Of a DNA stretch of 64,000 nucleotides, positions 25,915 through 38,623 are shown piece after piece (the first letter of the stretch is position 1; every line of letters starts with the position of its first letter). The stretch covers positions 33,728,001 to 33,792,000 of the forward strand of contig OX597828.1 of assembly GCA_951406725.2 (NCBI GenBank), written 5' to 3'. Under the pieces are notes generated by a model. That model was not told where the DNA came from. It saw only the letters and a program-made list of their open reading frames with translations, and did not search any database. The translations under genes and the position numbers were made by a program. This DNA is from Octopus vulgaris (lineage: Eukaryota).

Positions 25915-27087
25915 TTCTAGTGAGATGCATATGTATATCATCCTCATCGTTATGGTCTATTTACCATGTTGGCAGGGGTCGGTCAGTTTAACAGGACCTA
26001 ACAAGGCTAAAGACTACATTGGCCTCCAGTGTCTGCTTTGGCAGGATTTCTATGGCTGGGTGCCGTTCACAACACCAATAACTTTGCAGCGTGTACTTTA
26101 CAGAATATAGAGGTACCAGCACTAATTAGGTCAACAGGTAACTCACAAGACAAGACCTTCTCAGAATGGTGAGGGTGCACTACTGAGGTGGTGGCTTTGT
26201 GTCAGGTGTAGAGATGCAAAAGTAGGAAAGGAGGGTGGGAACAGGTGTCTTGCTGCAGAGGAAATATGTAGCTACCTCAGTAGGAAGCACAGATAGAACG
26301 ATAGAGGTGAGGTATCAAAGTACACTCTCAAGATACAAAATAGGTGCACAGAGAGAGATTAGGGTGAGAGAGAATTGAGGATGAGAGGATGGGTCAGTAG
26401 ACTTGTGAGAGCATGAAAGGAAAGTTGATAGAGTTGAGGACAAAGGTGAAAGCCGAGAAGGATGAACATGGAAGGAGGGATAAATAATGGTGAGACTCAT
26501 TTTGGAAACCATGGAGTAAATCATGGAATAAATGGTAACAGGTAGCATGAGGAGACCCTCCTTGGTCATGAATGACCATGGGATTGCACCTAGAAAGTTA
26601 CCCTCGAATCTCAGACCGGGCGATGTGTGTGTTTATGAGCAAAACACCTAAGTTCCACGCTGCTCTGGCAGAAGGTAATGGCGAAACTTCTGCTGATTCT
26701 TTCACCACGACTTTCTCTCACTCTTCCCTCCTGCATCTTGCAGCTCACCTGCGACGGACCGGCATCCCATCCAGGTGGGGAACCTATACACCAAGAAACC
26801 AGGAAACCGGCCCTTATGAGCCAGGCATGGCTCGAGAAGGAACAAACAAAAAGATCAATTCATGATAAGCATAGTGTGCTTTACAATTAGCATACAAAAT
26901 CACCTGGGTCAGTGACAAACGAATCGGTGAAAGATGAAGATAAATGCATATAAAAAAAAACCTGTAGACAGATGAGAAATAGAAAGATGAGGTGAAGTGT
27001 GGGGGATGGAGAAGAAAAAGTACTAAGTGACAGAGAAAGAGGACAGAGGTACAGACGGGGTGGATAGAGTGAGTTATATTGACTTAC

Positions 27088-27293
27088 CTGGGTAGTTGTA
27101 GGAGAAAACATAGTCAGTGTTGGTCAAAGCTGATGACCATGTAACAAGAAGATAACACACACTCTGGCCCTTCTCATCTGCTAGGTGCCCCACTGTCATA
27201 GCCTTGACATCGTGTTTCTGTTGCCAATCCAGAAGGTCTGTGATATCAAAAACTTCCAACATACAATCGGTCGTTCCCCTCCACAGTAAGCAA
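27088..27293 (-). CDS. LRRK1: Internal coding exon of a probable LRRK/Roco-family kinase (C-terminal WD40 region)
   Basis: Pyrimidine-rich acceptor (ttttctctttttccag) and canonical donor (CCAG|gtaagt). The single open frame reads xCLLWRGTTDCMLEVFDITDLLDWQQKHDVKAMTVGHLADEKGQSVCYLLVTWSSALTNTDYVFSYNYP(G). 'LW.G' and 'VFSY.YPG' match my recollection of invertebrate LRRK WD40 blades. Exon call is stronger than the gene symbol. Confidence 0.7.
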
Positions 27294-27567
27294 CTGGAAA
27301 AAAGAGAAAAACAGAAGAATATAAATAAAATAACAAAAAAAAATAAAGAAAAACCAAAACTAAAGTAACGAAAGAATGGGAAATCAGCAGAATTTCAAGA
27401 CACAATCATAGAGGTATAGGTTTCTGTTTCTAAGAAAATCTTTCCATTCATGAATGGAGAACATTTTTGGTTTTTCTCTGACGGTTCTTTCGCTTAGCTT
27501 GCTATTGAAGATGTTCACAATACTCATAGACATTTCTTTCTTAAATATCTTTGCAATTTAAGATGTG

Positions 27568-27686
<119 letters not shown>

Positions 27687-28019
27687 GACATACAGATATA
27701 AACATAGATATATACAGAATATATATATATATATATATACATACATACACATGTATACATACACACATATATATATATATACACATATACACATATACAT
27801 ACATTTATATATATATATATATATATATACATACATACACATGTATACATACACATATATATATATACATATATATATATATACACACACACATATATAT
27901 ATATACATACATACATACATACATACACACACTTCTGTATTTACATAGATATCTACAGGTGTCTGTATGTGTGCATGTGTATGTATACAAATATATAAAC
28001 GATGTGTTTCTGTGTGTGA

Positions 28020-28069
<50 letters not shown>

Positions 28070-28692
28070 CATACGTGAGGGTATATATAGTACACACACA
28101 CACACACACACAGAAAGGAGTTTAAGTGAAAGATATACAAATACAGACTTATATACACACAGTTCTTCTATACATTTGTCAAACACAATATATACAGAAA
28201 GACATTTTCCAATACAGTCGAGATGCAAAAGAAAAAAGTGGAAAAGAAACGGTGAGGGAAAAAAACCATACAAAATAACGATATTGAGCTAAGCCATTTG
28301 GAGAATGATGGACTCTCCACGAACTACAAGCTGTTTCCTTCTCCTGAAGGTATACAACTAACATTATCCGGCACCCCCTTTGCAGTTAGATAGCTATAGA
28401 TATATATGTATATATATATATGTATATTGTGTTTGGCTAATTCACACCAGACAGAGGTAGTTAGAAATATACATCAGCAATAACAATGACTATAATAAAA
28501 AATTTTTTTTTTTATTTTGGTTTGCTTGTTGTGGCTGTTAGAAAGAATCAGTCACAGATACACACGTACACATACTGTATTTGTATTATTTATATATATA
28601 TATATATGTGTGTGTATATATATATGTGTGTGTATATATATATGTGTGTGTGTATATATATATGTGTGTGTATATATATATGTGTGTGTGTA

Positions 28693-28732
<40 letters not shown>

Positions 28733-28904
28733 TATACATATATATATATACATACATATATATATACATACATAATATATATACATATATATATACATAC
28801 ATAAATATATATACACACATACATATATACATATATATATATACACACATACATATATACACATATATATATACACACATATATATATACACACATACAT
28901 ATAT

Positions 28905-28951
<47 letters not shown>

Positions 28952-29084
28952 CATACACATGTATGTAATGTATATATTACATGATTATATATTTATATAT
29001 ATATATATGCATAATACATGCATGTTATGTACATACATACATACATACATATATATATATATACACACACACATACACACACAC

Positions 29085-29158
<74 letters not shown>

Positions 29159-29243
29159 GCATGTGTATGAAGTATGTGTATTATTTTATATATATATATA
29201 TATATATAGCAAATAATATGCATATATATATTATATTACATAT

Positions 29244-29465
29244 GTGAGGGGGTGTTGACAAGTTCCTGGTTTCAAGGGTATTGTGAAAGGCCCGGTTGGG
29301 GGCCTAATCTTCTGAGTCCTTTTACAGGACTTAGAAAAACTGAAGGACCGCTGCCATGAGTTTGTGAATCTGAGAGGGGAATATGTTCAATAAAATTATA
29401 AATAACTGATCCTCTGTATTTTCTTTTACCCACAGCCAGGAACTTTTCAGCCCCACTCCCTTGTA
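29244..29465 (+). mobile_element. mariner-derived MITE
   Basis: Imperfect TIRs (gggtgttgacaagttcctgg / ccaggaacttttcagccc). Internal LEKLKDRCHEFVNLRGEYVQ*. Confidence 0.7.
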
Positions 29466-30339
29466 TGTATATGTGTTATATCCATATAGATATATGTTAC
29501 ACGTGGCATGTAAAAAGCACCATCCAACCGTAGCCAGTGGCACGTAAAAAGCACCATCCGATTGTGGCCGTTTGCCAGCCTCGTCTGGTACCTGTGCCGG
29601 TGGCACGTAAAAAGCACCCATTACACTCACGGAGTGGTTGGCGTTAGGAAGGGCATACAGCTGTAGAAACACTGCCAGATCAGACTGGAGACTGGTGCAA
29701 CCTCCTGGCTTCCCAGACCCCCAGTTGAACCGTCCAACCCATGCCAGCATGGAAAGCAGACGTTAAATGATGATGATGATGATAATGACGATGACACACA
29801 TATGTACACACACACAGAAACACCCATACACACACACACACACATGTATGTTAACCTTTATTGGCTGTGGGTTTTGCAAGCTACTAGGCTCAGACTGCCG
29901 ACTATACCATTGTTTTCCTACCCACTTTATGCACACAGGTGTGAATGTGGGGTTAAAAAGTTTGCCTCTCCAGGCAAACTTTTGGTATATGCATTTAGTA
30001 TATGGACCAAAAATATGATAAAAGTTAATTCATATTTATTGTATGTATGCCATCATCATCATCATCATCATCATCGTTTAACGTTCGTTCTCCATTTCCT
30101 TATATTCTTTTTTGGGGGGGGGGGGGCAAGTTGATTAGATTGGCCTCGTAGATCGACCCCAGTATGCAACTGGTACTTAATTTATCAACCCTAAAAGGAT
30201 GAAAGGCAAAGTCGACCTCAATAGAATTTCAACTAATATATATATATAAATAATAATTATTTGAGGGAATATTAATCCTAACATACAAGGAAAAATTCAA
30301 TTTAGAAATACTACATCAAATTTCACGGTGCAGCAACAA

Positions 30340-30953
30340 CAAAGGGAAATTAACTGATAAGATAGCTTTCATGTGCGGCAGATGCACAGGGACAATAGAC
30401 ACCACAGATACTCAGAAAACAGATTCCATCACACTCCAGGGGGAGAAACTAGAAGTAGTTGATAGTTTCCGCTACCTGGGTGACCAAGTTAGTAGTGGAG
30501 GTGGATGCTCAGAGAGTGTCACCACTAGAATACGAATAGCCTGGGCAAAGTTCAGAAAGCTCCTACCCCTACTGGCGACAAAGGGTCTCTCACTCAAAGT
30601 GAAAGGTAGATTTTATGACGCATGTGTGTGAACTGCCATGCTTCACGGTAGTGAAACATGGGCTGTGACTGCAGAGGACATGCGTAGACTTGAAAGGAAT
30701 GAAGCTAGCATGATCCGCTGGATGTGTAATGTCAGTGTGCATGCACGACAGAGTGTAAGCACCCTGAGAGAAATGCTGGACATAAGAAGCATCAGATGTG
30801 GTGTGCAAGAGCGACGCTTGCGATGGTATAGTCATGTACTGCGGATGGATGAGGAGAGATGTGTGAAGAAGTGCCACTCCCAAACAGTTGAAGGTATCGG
30901 GGGGGGGGGGTAGACCCAGGAATACATGGGATGAGGTAGTCAAGCATGACCTC
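30340..30953 (+). mobile_element. RTE (BovB-like) LINE fragment, pseudogenised
   Basis: GEKLEVVDSFRYLGD...RIRIAWAKFRKLLPLL...YDACV*TAMLHGSETWA...RRLRWYSHVLRM. One in-frame stop and a frameshift in a G run. Confidence 0.9.
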
Positions 30954-30968
30954 ATATATTACATATAT

Positions 30969-31008
<40 letters not shown>

Positions 31009-31094
31009 GAGTTTATGAAAAAAGCAAAAGACAAAGACAGGTGGTGTACAAAACAAACAGATGTATTAGTATAACGCCCAGGAATAGAAAAAGT

Positions 31095-31130
31095 CTTTTA
31101 TGTTTCGAGCCTACGCTCTTCTACAGAAAG
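31095..31130 (-). ncRNA. Minimal hammerhead-ribozyme-like motif in a (TA)n-embedded repeat (31004-31145)
   Basis: CTTT CTGTAGA A GAGC GTAG GCTC GAAAC ATA AAAG. Stems I and II pair; the core deviates from CUGANGA at A6 and stem III looks CpG-decayed. Confidence 0.55.
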
Positions 31131-31194
31131 GGACACAGAAAACAATACATATATACATATATATACATATATACATATATATACATATACATAC

Positions 31195-31229
<35 letters not shown>

Positions 31230-31241
31230 CATATATATACA

Positions 31242-31330
<89 letters not shown>

Positions 31331-31974
31331 ATATACATATATACATAAATATATATATGTATATATATATATACACACATATATATATACATATATATAT
31401 TATCTGCCTTTTCTTCTTTCTTTATACCTACGTTTAATACATTTTCCCTAAATACCCATTTCCATATCTTTTCCTCTATTTACTCCCACCCCTTCCTTTC
31501 TTTGCTTGCATCTCCAATCTTTTATTGTTTCCTTCAACTCCTCCTTTCATATTTGTATATATTTATCCCTTTAACTATCTCTCTTTCTCTCCCTCCCTAA
31601 CTAACTATCTACCTACCTACCTATCTTTCTATCTGTCCCTATCTTTGTATCCTTATTCTGCTCTTATTCTCTCTACAGCAGGTTTTCCTTTCACTCACCT
31701 CTATAAGTCTGCCTTCCTTTTTCTCTCAACTCCCCTATACTCTTCCTCTGTCATGCTTCCCACAAGGCCCCACAAGGCCTTCCTCTTCCTGTTTCCAATG
31801 CAACTTTTTTCTCTCTTTGAATTGACTCTCAAACACATCAGTTGTTCTTTTCCCAACTCTAAGTCAGTCTAATTTATAATTTATTTTCCCTCAAGGCTAA
31901 AAAAACACACAGTTAGCAGCATCACATTGCACAGCATGTCTTAATTATGTCACCAAGTCAAAAAACATTCGATG

Positions 31975-32105
31975 TATATGCAAATGAAATAACCATCTGC
32001 AACACAAATTTTAGGAAAGCAAGCAGTCAGTGGATAACCTTCCAATGAGGTGAACATGCAAACCAGATTGATTTGATCCTCACCAACAATTAGGAGAGAC
32101 AAAGG
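31975..32105 (+). mobile_element. RTE-type AP endonuclease fragment
   Basis: ANEITICNTNFRKASSQWITFQ*GEHANQIDLIL, matching the CNT.F.K...IT......QID.IL motif. Confidence 0.6.
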
Positions 32106-33240
32106 CTTCATCATCATCATCATCATTGTCTAATATCTGTTTTCCATGCTGCCATGGGTTGGACGGTTTGACAGGGGACTGGCAAACCAGGAGGCTGTAT
32201 CAGGCACCAATCCAATCTGGCAAGATTTCTACAACTGGATGCCCTTCCTAATGCCAACATCTCAGAGTGTAGTGGGTGATTTTTACATGCCACCGGCACA
32301 TAAATACCAAGTTCTTTCCTGAAGAAAAAAGTTCCAACTAGCATGGGCTTCAAATTAGTGACTTTAGAATAAAGAGTTAGCCGATTGTGGATGATGCCAG
32401 CTCCTCTGGCCCCTGTGCTGGTGGCACGTAAAAAGCATCCATTACACTCTCGGAGTGGTTGGCATTACGAAGGGAATCCAGCTGTAGAAACACTGCCAGA
32501 TCAGATTGGGGCCTGGTGCAGCTTCCTGGCTTCCCAGAGAACCCAGTTGAACAGTCCAATCCATGGCAGCATGGAAAACGGACGTTAAACAATGATGATG
32601 ATGATGATGATGATGATGAGATGAGAGACAAAAGTTATTCTGGAGAAGGAAGGTGGGAAAGCTAAAACATCCTTCTGCAGAAAAGGGATGAAAGAGACAC
32701 ATGAATTAGAGGACAACAGGTAGCTTCTCTGGCACAACCTGCTGAAAGCTGCTACCGACCAGATCCATGCTTGGAGCAAGGAACATGATGATGGAATACC
32801 ACCATAGACTGAGTCGCGATAAGGAGAAAGAATGGGAGGCGGAGGAGAGAAAGAAGAGAATGGAGAAAGGGGAGGATGGAAGGAGGAGAGGAATGGAAGT
32901 GGAGGAAAGGGATGCAGAGGGGGTGGAGGAAGAGGAGGGGAGGAGGGTTAAGTGGAAAGGAAAGGAAAGGTAAAGAGGAAAAGAAAGTGAAAGAAGAGGA
33001 GCAGGAGATACAACAAATAAATGAAATGAAATCACATTGAAGATTACAATAAATTCCTGTTTTTTTAAAAAAATCTTGGTCTGAATTGCAAAGAGAACAA
33101 ACCATTCAACTCAAATAGCAGCAGTAATACCTGAGTGGCAACAACAATGCCATTAGTAACAATACAAGATAAAGGAACCACCAAATTAGCCCATGGAGAA
33201 GGATAACAGTTTTAAGGACAACAAATTTAACATGCAAACA

Positions 33241-33618
33241 CTCTTTTACTTATTTCAGTCATTTGACTGCGGCCATGCTGGAGCACCACCTTTAGTCAAG
33301 CAAATCAAACCCAGGACTTATTCTTTGTAAGCCTAGTACTTATTCTATCGGTCTCTTTTGCCGAACCGATAAGTTACAGGGACGTAAACACACCACCATC
33401 GGTTGTCAAGCGATGTTGGGGGGTACAAACACAAACACACAAACATATACACACAGATACATATATATATATATATACATATATACGACGGGCTTCTTTC
33501 AGTTTCTCACAAGGCTTTGGTCGGCCCGAGGCTATAGTAGAAGACGCTTGCTCAAGGTGCCACGCAGTGGGACTGAACCTGGAACCATGTGGTTGGTAAG
33601 CAAGCTACTTACCACACG
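33241..33618 (-). mobile_element. SINE family A copy
   Basis: Reverse-complement match to family A. Confidence 0.85.
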
Positions 33619-34337
33619 AAACAGATAGGATATTAATTACATAATCTGTGGGTTATTGACCTAACTAACTGATTGGATACAATGACTATTGAAATGGTCA
33701 GAGAAATGATAAACAGATAATGCATTTTCTAGCAGACATGTTGAATTTTTCAGAGCAAAACTGATAGGTCAACATGACTTTGGAGGACCGAAAATTCCAT
33801 TTGAAATGCAGAAGGATTTGGAAAGATAGTGGCGATGTTTCAAAGATAGTGACAATGTTTCAATGATAGTGACAATATTTTAAAAACAGTGGTGATGGTC
33901 GAAAGATAGTGATGATGTTTACACTACAGAATACATTCACTTATATGCTAGAAAATATGGTAAACAATTTTAGAACAATAACTTTGCGAAAACAGGATCT
34001 GAAAAACCATTCTCTAAAATGCAACAGTGAAGTTAACCAATGAAAGCTTAACAAGCAACTAACTGGCAAATGAAACAATAACCACCATACATAAAGCCTC
34101 AATTAAACATTAAAGGCTAAACAATGAAAATATAGACAGAAGAACGAACCCATTCTAATGTACACAAAACCAACTCAAAACACTGAAAGAAGCCAGTTCT
34201 TAACAACAACAGAAGTATAAAACGCAAGATGCAATAAAAGCAATTCAGTTTGATTAAACGATATACTGCTCTACACTGCGTATTGAATACTCCCTAACAA
34301 ACATTTGAACACATATACACACAGAGACACACAGATA

Positions 34338-35601
34338 TGGTATCAAAAAGTTCCTGGACTAGTTCTGTAGCATGCCAACAGATGGCAGCACATGGTTGCA
34401 TGTACAGTGAGAGCTAACAGTGACCTTCATGAGCCAGTGTGCCGAATGATATCACTGTGTTTACTTTGCAAGTTGTGAGATTTGTGTTTTTGTGACCATG
34501 TGTATGCTGTAGTCCGTGATTTTTGTCATCGACAGAAAGTTGGAACAAAGAGCCAACATGAAATTTTGTTGCTTCAACAAGCTTATGGCATTGAGGCAAT
34601 GGGTTATACGCAATGTTTTGAGTGGCATGAGCATTTGAAAAGAGAAAGAACATTCCAGGAAGATGATGGGTGATCTAGCAGACCTACCATAGGAATCACC
34701 CCAAGCCTAACTTCTGGGAATACTCTTTTACTCTTTTACTTGTTTCAGTCATTTGACTGCGGCCATGCTGGAGCACCGCCTTTAGTCGAGCAAATCAACC
34801 CTGGGACTTATTCTTTGTAAGCCCAGTACTTATTCTATCAGTCTCTTTTGCTGAACCGCTAAGTTACGGGGACGTAAACACACCAGCATTGGTTGTCAAG
34901 CAATGCTAGGGGGACAAACACACACCCATACACATATATATATATACGACAGGCTTCTTTCAGTTTCTGTCTACCAAATCCACTCACAAAGCATTGGTCG
35001 ACCCGGGGCTATAGCAGAAGACACTTGCCCAAGATGCCATGCAGTGGGACTGAACCTGGAACCATGTGGTTGGTTAGCAAGCTACTTACCACGCAGCCAC
35101 TCCTGAATGTGGAAAATTCATAAGCTTGTGCATGAGAATCGTTGGAGGATACTCAACGATGTTTTGAAGCATTTGAGGGAAGGCATTCAGCGAAAAAGCA
35201 ACCAGATCTGTGGAGCACAAAGACTTAGATTCTTCATGACAACTATGCACTTTGTCACCACTCAGGAATTTCTCACCAAATGTAACATGGTATTGCTTCT
35301 GCATGTGTCCTATTCACCAGATTTAGCACCTGTGGACTTCCATCGCTTCCCCAAGATGAAAACGCAGCTCAAAGGTTATTGTTTTAACGCTGTTGTGTCA
35401 AGATCAAGAGCAAATCGCAGAAGGACCTCGACTAACTTACTGAAAACGACTTCCAGGCCAGATTCCAAAAGGGGCAGGAACACTGGTACTGGTGCATTGC
35501 TGCACAAGGTCGCTATTTCAAAGATGATGTTAGAACTTAGGTAAATAAGTTATTTTTTATTACACATAACTAGTCCAAGAACTTTTTGATACCACCTCGT
35601 A
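34338..35601 (+). mobile_element. Internally deleted mariner element with both TIRs, interrupted by SINE A (34722-35104)
   Basis: TIRs tggtatcaaaaagttcctggactagtt / aactagtccaagaactttttgatacca. Transposase remnants QAYGIEAMGYTQCFEWH and YSPDLAPVDFHRFPKMKTQLKG. Confidence 0.85.
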
Positions 35602-35707
35602 TATATATAAATATATGTGTGTGTGTGTATATATATATATACAACATTATAAATATATATATATATATATATACATTGTATATATATATGTATATATATA
35701 TGTACAT

Positions 35708-35756
<49 letters not shown>

Positions 35757-36299
35757 TATATATATATATACACAAACAGATACACAAACACACATTCGCA
35801 TACCATCAGAAATATAGTAATAATCATGATAAATTTATGTTCTTAATTTGATACTTAATTAAATTTTACCTTTCAAAAAAAATTAATACATAAAGAATAA
35901 ATTTTTTTGAAAAAATAGAATGCACAGTGTTTCTTTTCCCTACCTCTCTTTCTCTCCACATGTGTGTGTGTGCGTGTGTGTGTATGTGTGCATGTGTGTG
36001 TGTGTGTGTGTGTGTCTGCACGCATGCGCATGTGTGCATATAAAGAATACTCTATTAATATAAAGTAAGTGAAATTACAATTTATAATTTGAAAAATCTT
36101 CATTAAAAAAAAAAATACTCATCAAACAAAAATGGAAAGAAAGAAAAGACAAAAAAAAATGTATTATATTTGCAAATTCTAGAATTAAAACCATGCCATG
36201 AATTAGAGAGAGAATGAAATGGAATGGAATGAGATGTTTGGAGAACATCAGTATACTGGCTGATTTTCTAGCAGCAGTGACCTTATTACTTAGGGCAGG

Positions 36300-36605
36300 T
36301 AGTAATAATAATAATAATAATAATAATCAAAGATAATAGTAATGATACTAAATGATAATAATAAATGATGATGATAATAAATGATAATAATAAATGATGA
36401 CGATAATAATAATATTAAATGATGATGATAATAATAATAATAAATGATGATAATAATAATAATAATAAATGATGATAATAATAATAATAATAAATGATAA
36501 TCATAATGATAATAATAAATGGTGATAATAATAATATCAATAAAAATAATGATAAATGATAATAATAATAAAAGGTGATGATAATAACAATAGTAGTAGT
36601 AGTAA
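36300..36605. repeat. (AAT/GAT)n compound microsatellite
   Basis: Directly visible. Confidence 0.9.
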
Positions 36606-37187
36606 TATCAGAAGAAAAACCAAATTCCCCAAAAATGCCTCATATCTGTGAAGGTTCATAATCATGAGGTAGTGGGTTCAATTCCCAGACCAGGCTGTGT
36701 ATTGTGATCTTGAGCAAGACACTTTACTTCACGTTGTTCCAGTTCACTCAGCTGTAGAAATGAGTTGCAACGTCACTGGTGCCAAGCTGTATCGGCCCCT
36801 TTGCCTTTCCCTTGGATAACACTGGTGGCATGGAGAGGGGGAGGCTGGTATGCATGGGCAACTACTGGTCTAACCTTGCCCAGACTTGTGCCTTGGAGGG
36901 GAACTTACTAGGTGCAATCCCATAGTCATTCATGACCAAAAGGGGTCTTTACTAGTAGTAGTAGTATCATTACTGAGGCAGCAAGCTCACAGAATCGTTA
37001 GCACATTGAACAAAATGTTGAATAGGGTTTATTGTGGCCCTGCACCATGAGTCCAAATCTTACTGAGGTTAGCTTTGCTTTTCATCTTTACAGGGTCAAT
37101 AAAATAAAGTAACAATGAAGCACTGGGGTCAATATAATCAACTGACCACTCTCCCAATCGATGGCCTGCCACCAAAATTTGACACCC

Positions 37188-37530
37188 TATTATTAAAGCT
37201 ACTATATGCTTGACTCGTTAGCAAGGATGTCATCTTGAGACAGGGTAACAAGTGCCCTCAAACGTCAAGAATCTTTGTTAGGGTTCTTGCAGCATACAAG
37301 ACAACACTTTTCTGCAGAGTGATAATGCAAATCTTAATTCCAACAACCTACAGCCTCTTTAAGTAGCAGTTTGGGTATTATGTCAGTTGCACCAATTACC
37401 ACAAGAATACTTGACATCATTATTTTCCACAATCTTTTCATCTCTCTGATTAGATCCTGATATTTCTCAGTTCTTTTGCATCCAGTCTATTATCGTATGA
37501 TATTGCAAAGTCTATAATCTTACACTTCAC
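37188..37530 (-). mobile_element. R4/Dong-like LINE 3' fragment (restriction-like endonuclease domain)
   Basis: KCKIIDFAISYDNRLDAKE../EKYQDLIREMKRLWK...VVIGA.../LQKSVVLYAARTLTKILDV*, the D-...-KY..L RLE motif. Confidence 0.75.
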
Positions 37531-37994
37531 CACGCCCATCCTGGAGCTGTTTTCTACTTTCATACCCAACATTCTGCTCGTTTCCATTCACAAAAGCCTT
37601 GAACAGCAGGGAATTGGGTATGAAAGTAAAAACAGGAATACTGCCAATTAAATCATTCGATATGGTAAAGAAGAACATCAAGAAAAACATAAAAACCATA
37701 GCAGTGCTCACAACTGTTCACATTAAAAAAAAAATTATTTGCCAACATAACATGGCAGTCCTGGTTTAGGATGAATGTTGCTCTAATTTAGCCCCAAGAG
37801 ACATCTTCTCCAGCTGGCTTTACGACACGATCTGTGTCCTTAGATTTTCGAACAAGGGAATCTTGCTGATTCAATGCAATTGTCTTTGACATTTCTTTCA
37901 TTCTTCTCCCCCCTCCCTCTCTCTTTCTCTCCTTGTATTTATGAGAAGAGGAAGAGTTTATGTTGAGTTCAATTAATAAATTGTAATGTTCTCA

Positions 37995-38072
<78 letters not shown>

Positions 38073-38160
38073 GTAAGATATATATATAGGGTAGTGAGTA
38101 TTCATTAGAAATATCACCACCAGTGGCCTAGATGTATAAATAGTCAATAGACAACATATT

Positions 38161-38409
38161 CTTATTTTAAAATAGTGTACATTTAAGCACAAAAGAAAAC
38201 TACCCTTTAACAAGTAATTTTTACATGCTAGAAGAAGCAGCCAACACGGCCAAAACCATGATTTAATAGCAATTTTTATTTTTCATTTCCTTCGAAAATT
38301 GCTATTAAATCATGGTTTTGGCTGTGTTGGCTGCTTCTTCTAGCATGTAAAAATTACCTGTTAAAGGGTAGTTTACTTTGTGTTTAAATGTACACTATTT
38401 TAAAATAAG
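38161..38409. repeat. Near-perfect palindrome between (TA)n tracts (arms about 115 bp)
   Basis: cttattttaaaatagtgtacattta...catgctagaagaagcagccaacac.gccaaaaccatgatttaatagcaatttt is mirrored almost exactly. Confidence 0.9.
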
Positions 38410-38592
38410 TATATATATATATATATATATATATACCCAAATAGCACTGGTGCTGGTGGTGCATAAAAGCACCCATTACAAATTCAGAGTGATTGGCATT
38501 AGGAAGGGCATCCAAATCCTGGTGCAGCCTTCCAGCATGCCAGCCCAGTCAAACTGTCCAACCCATACCAGTATGGACAACAGACATTAAAT

Positions 38593-38623
<31 letters not shown>

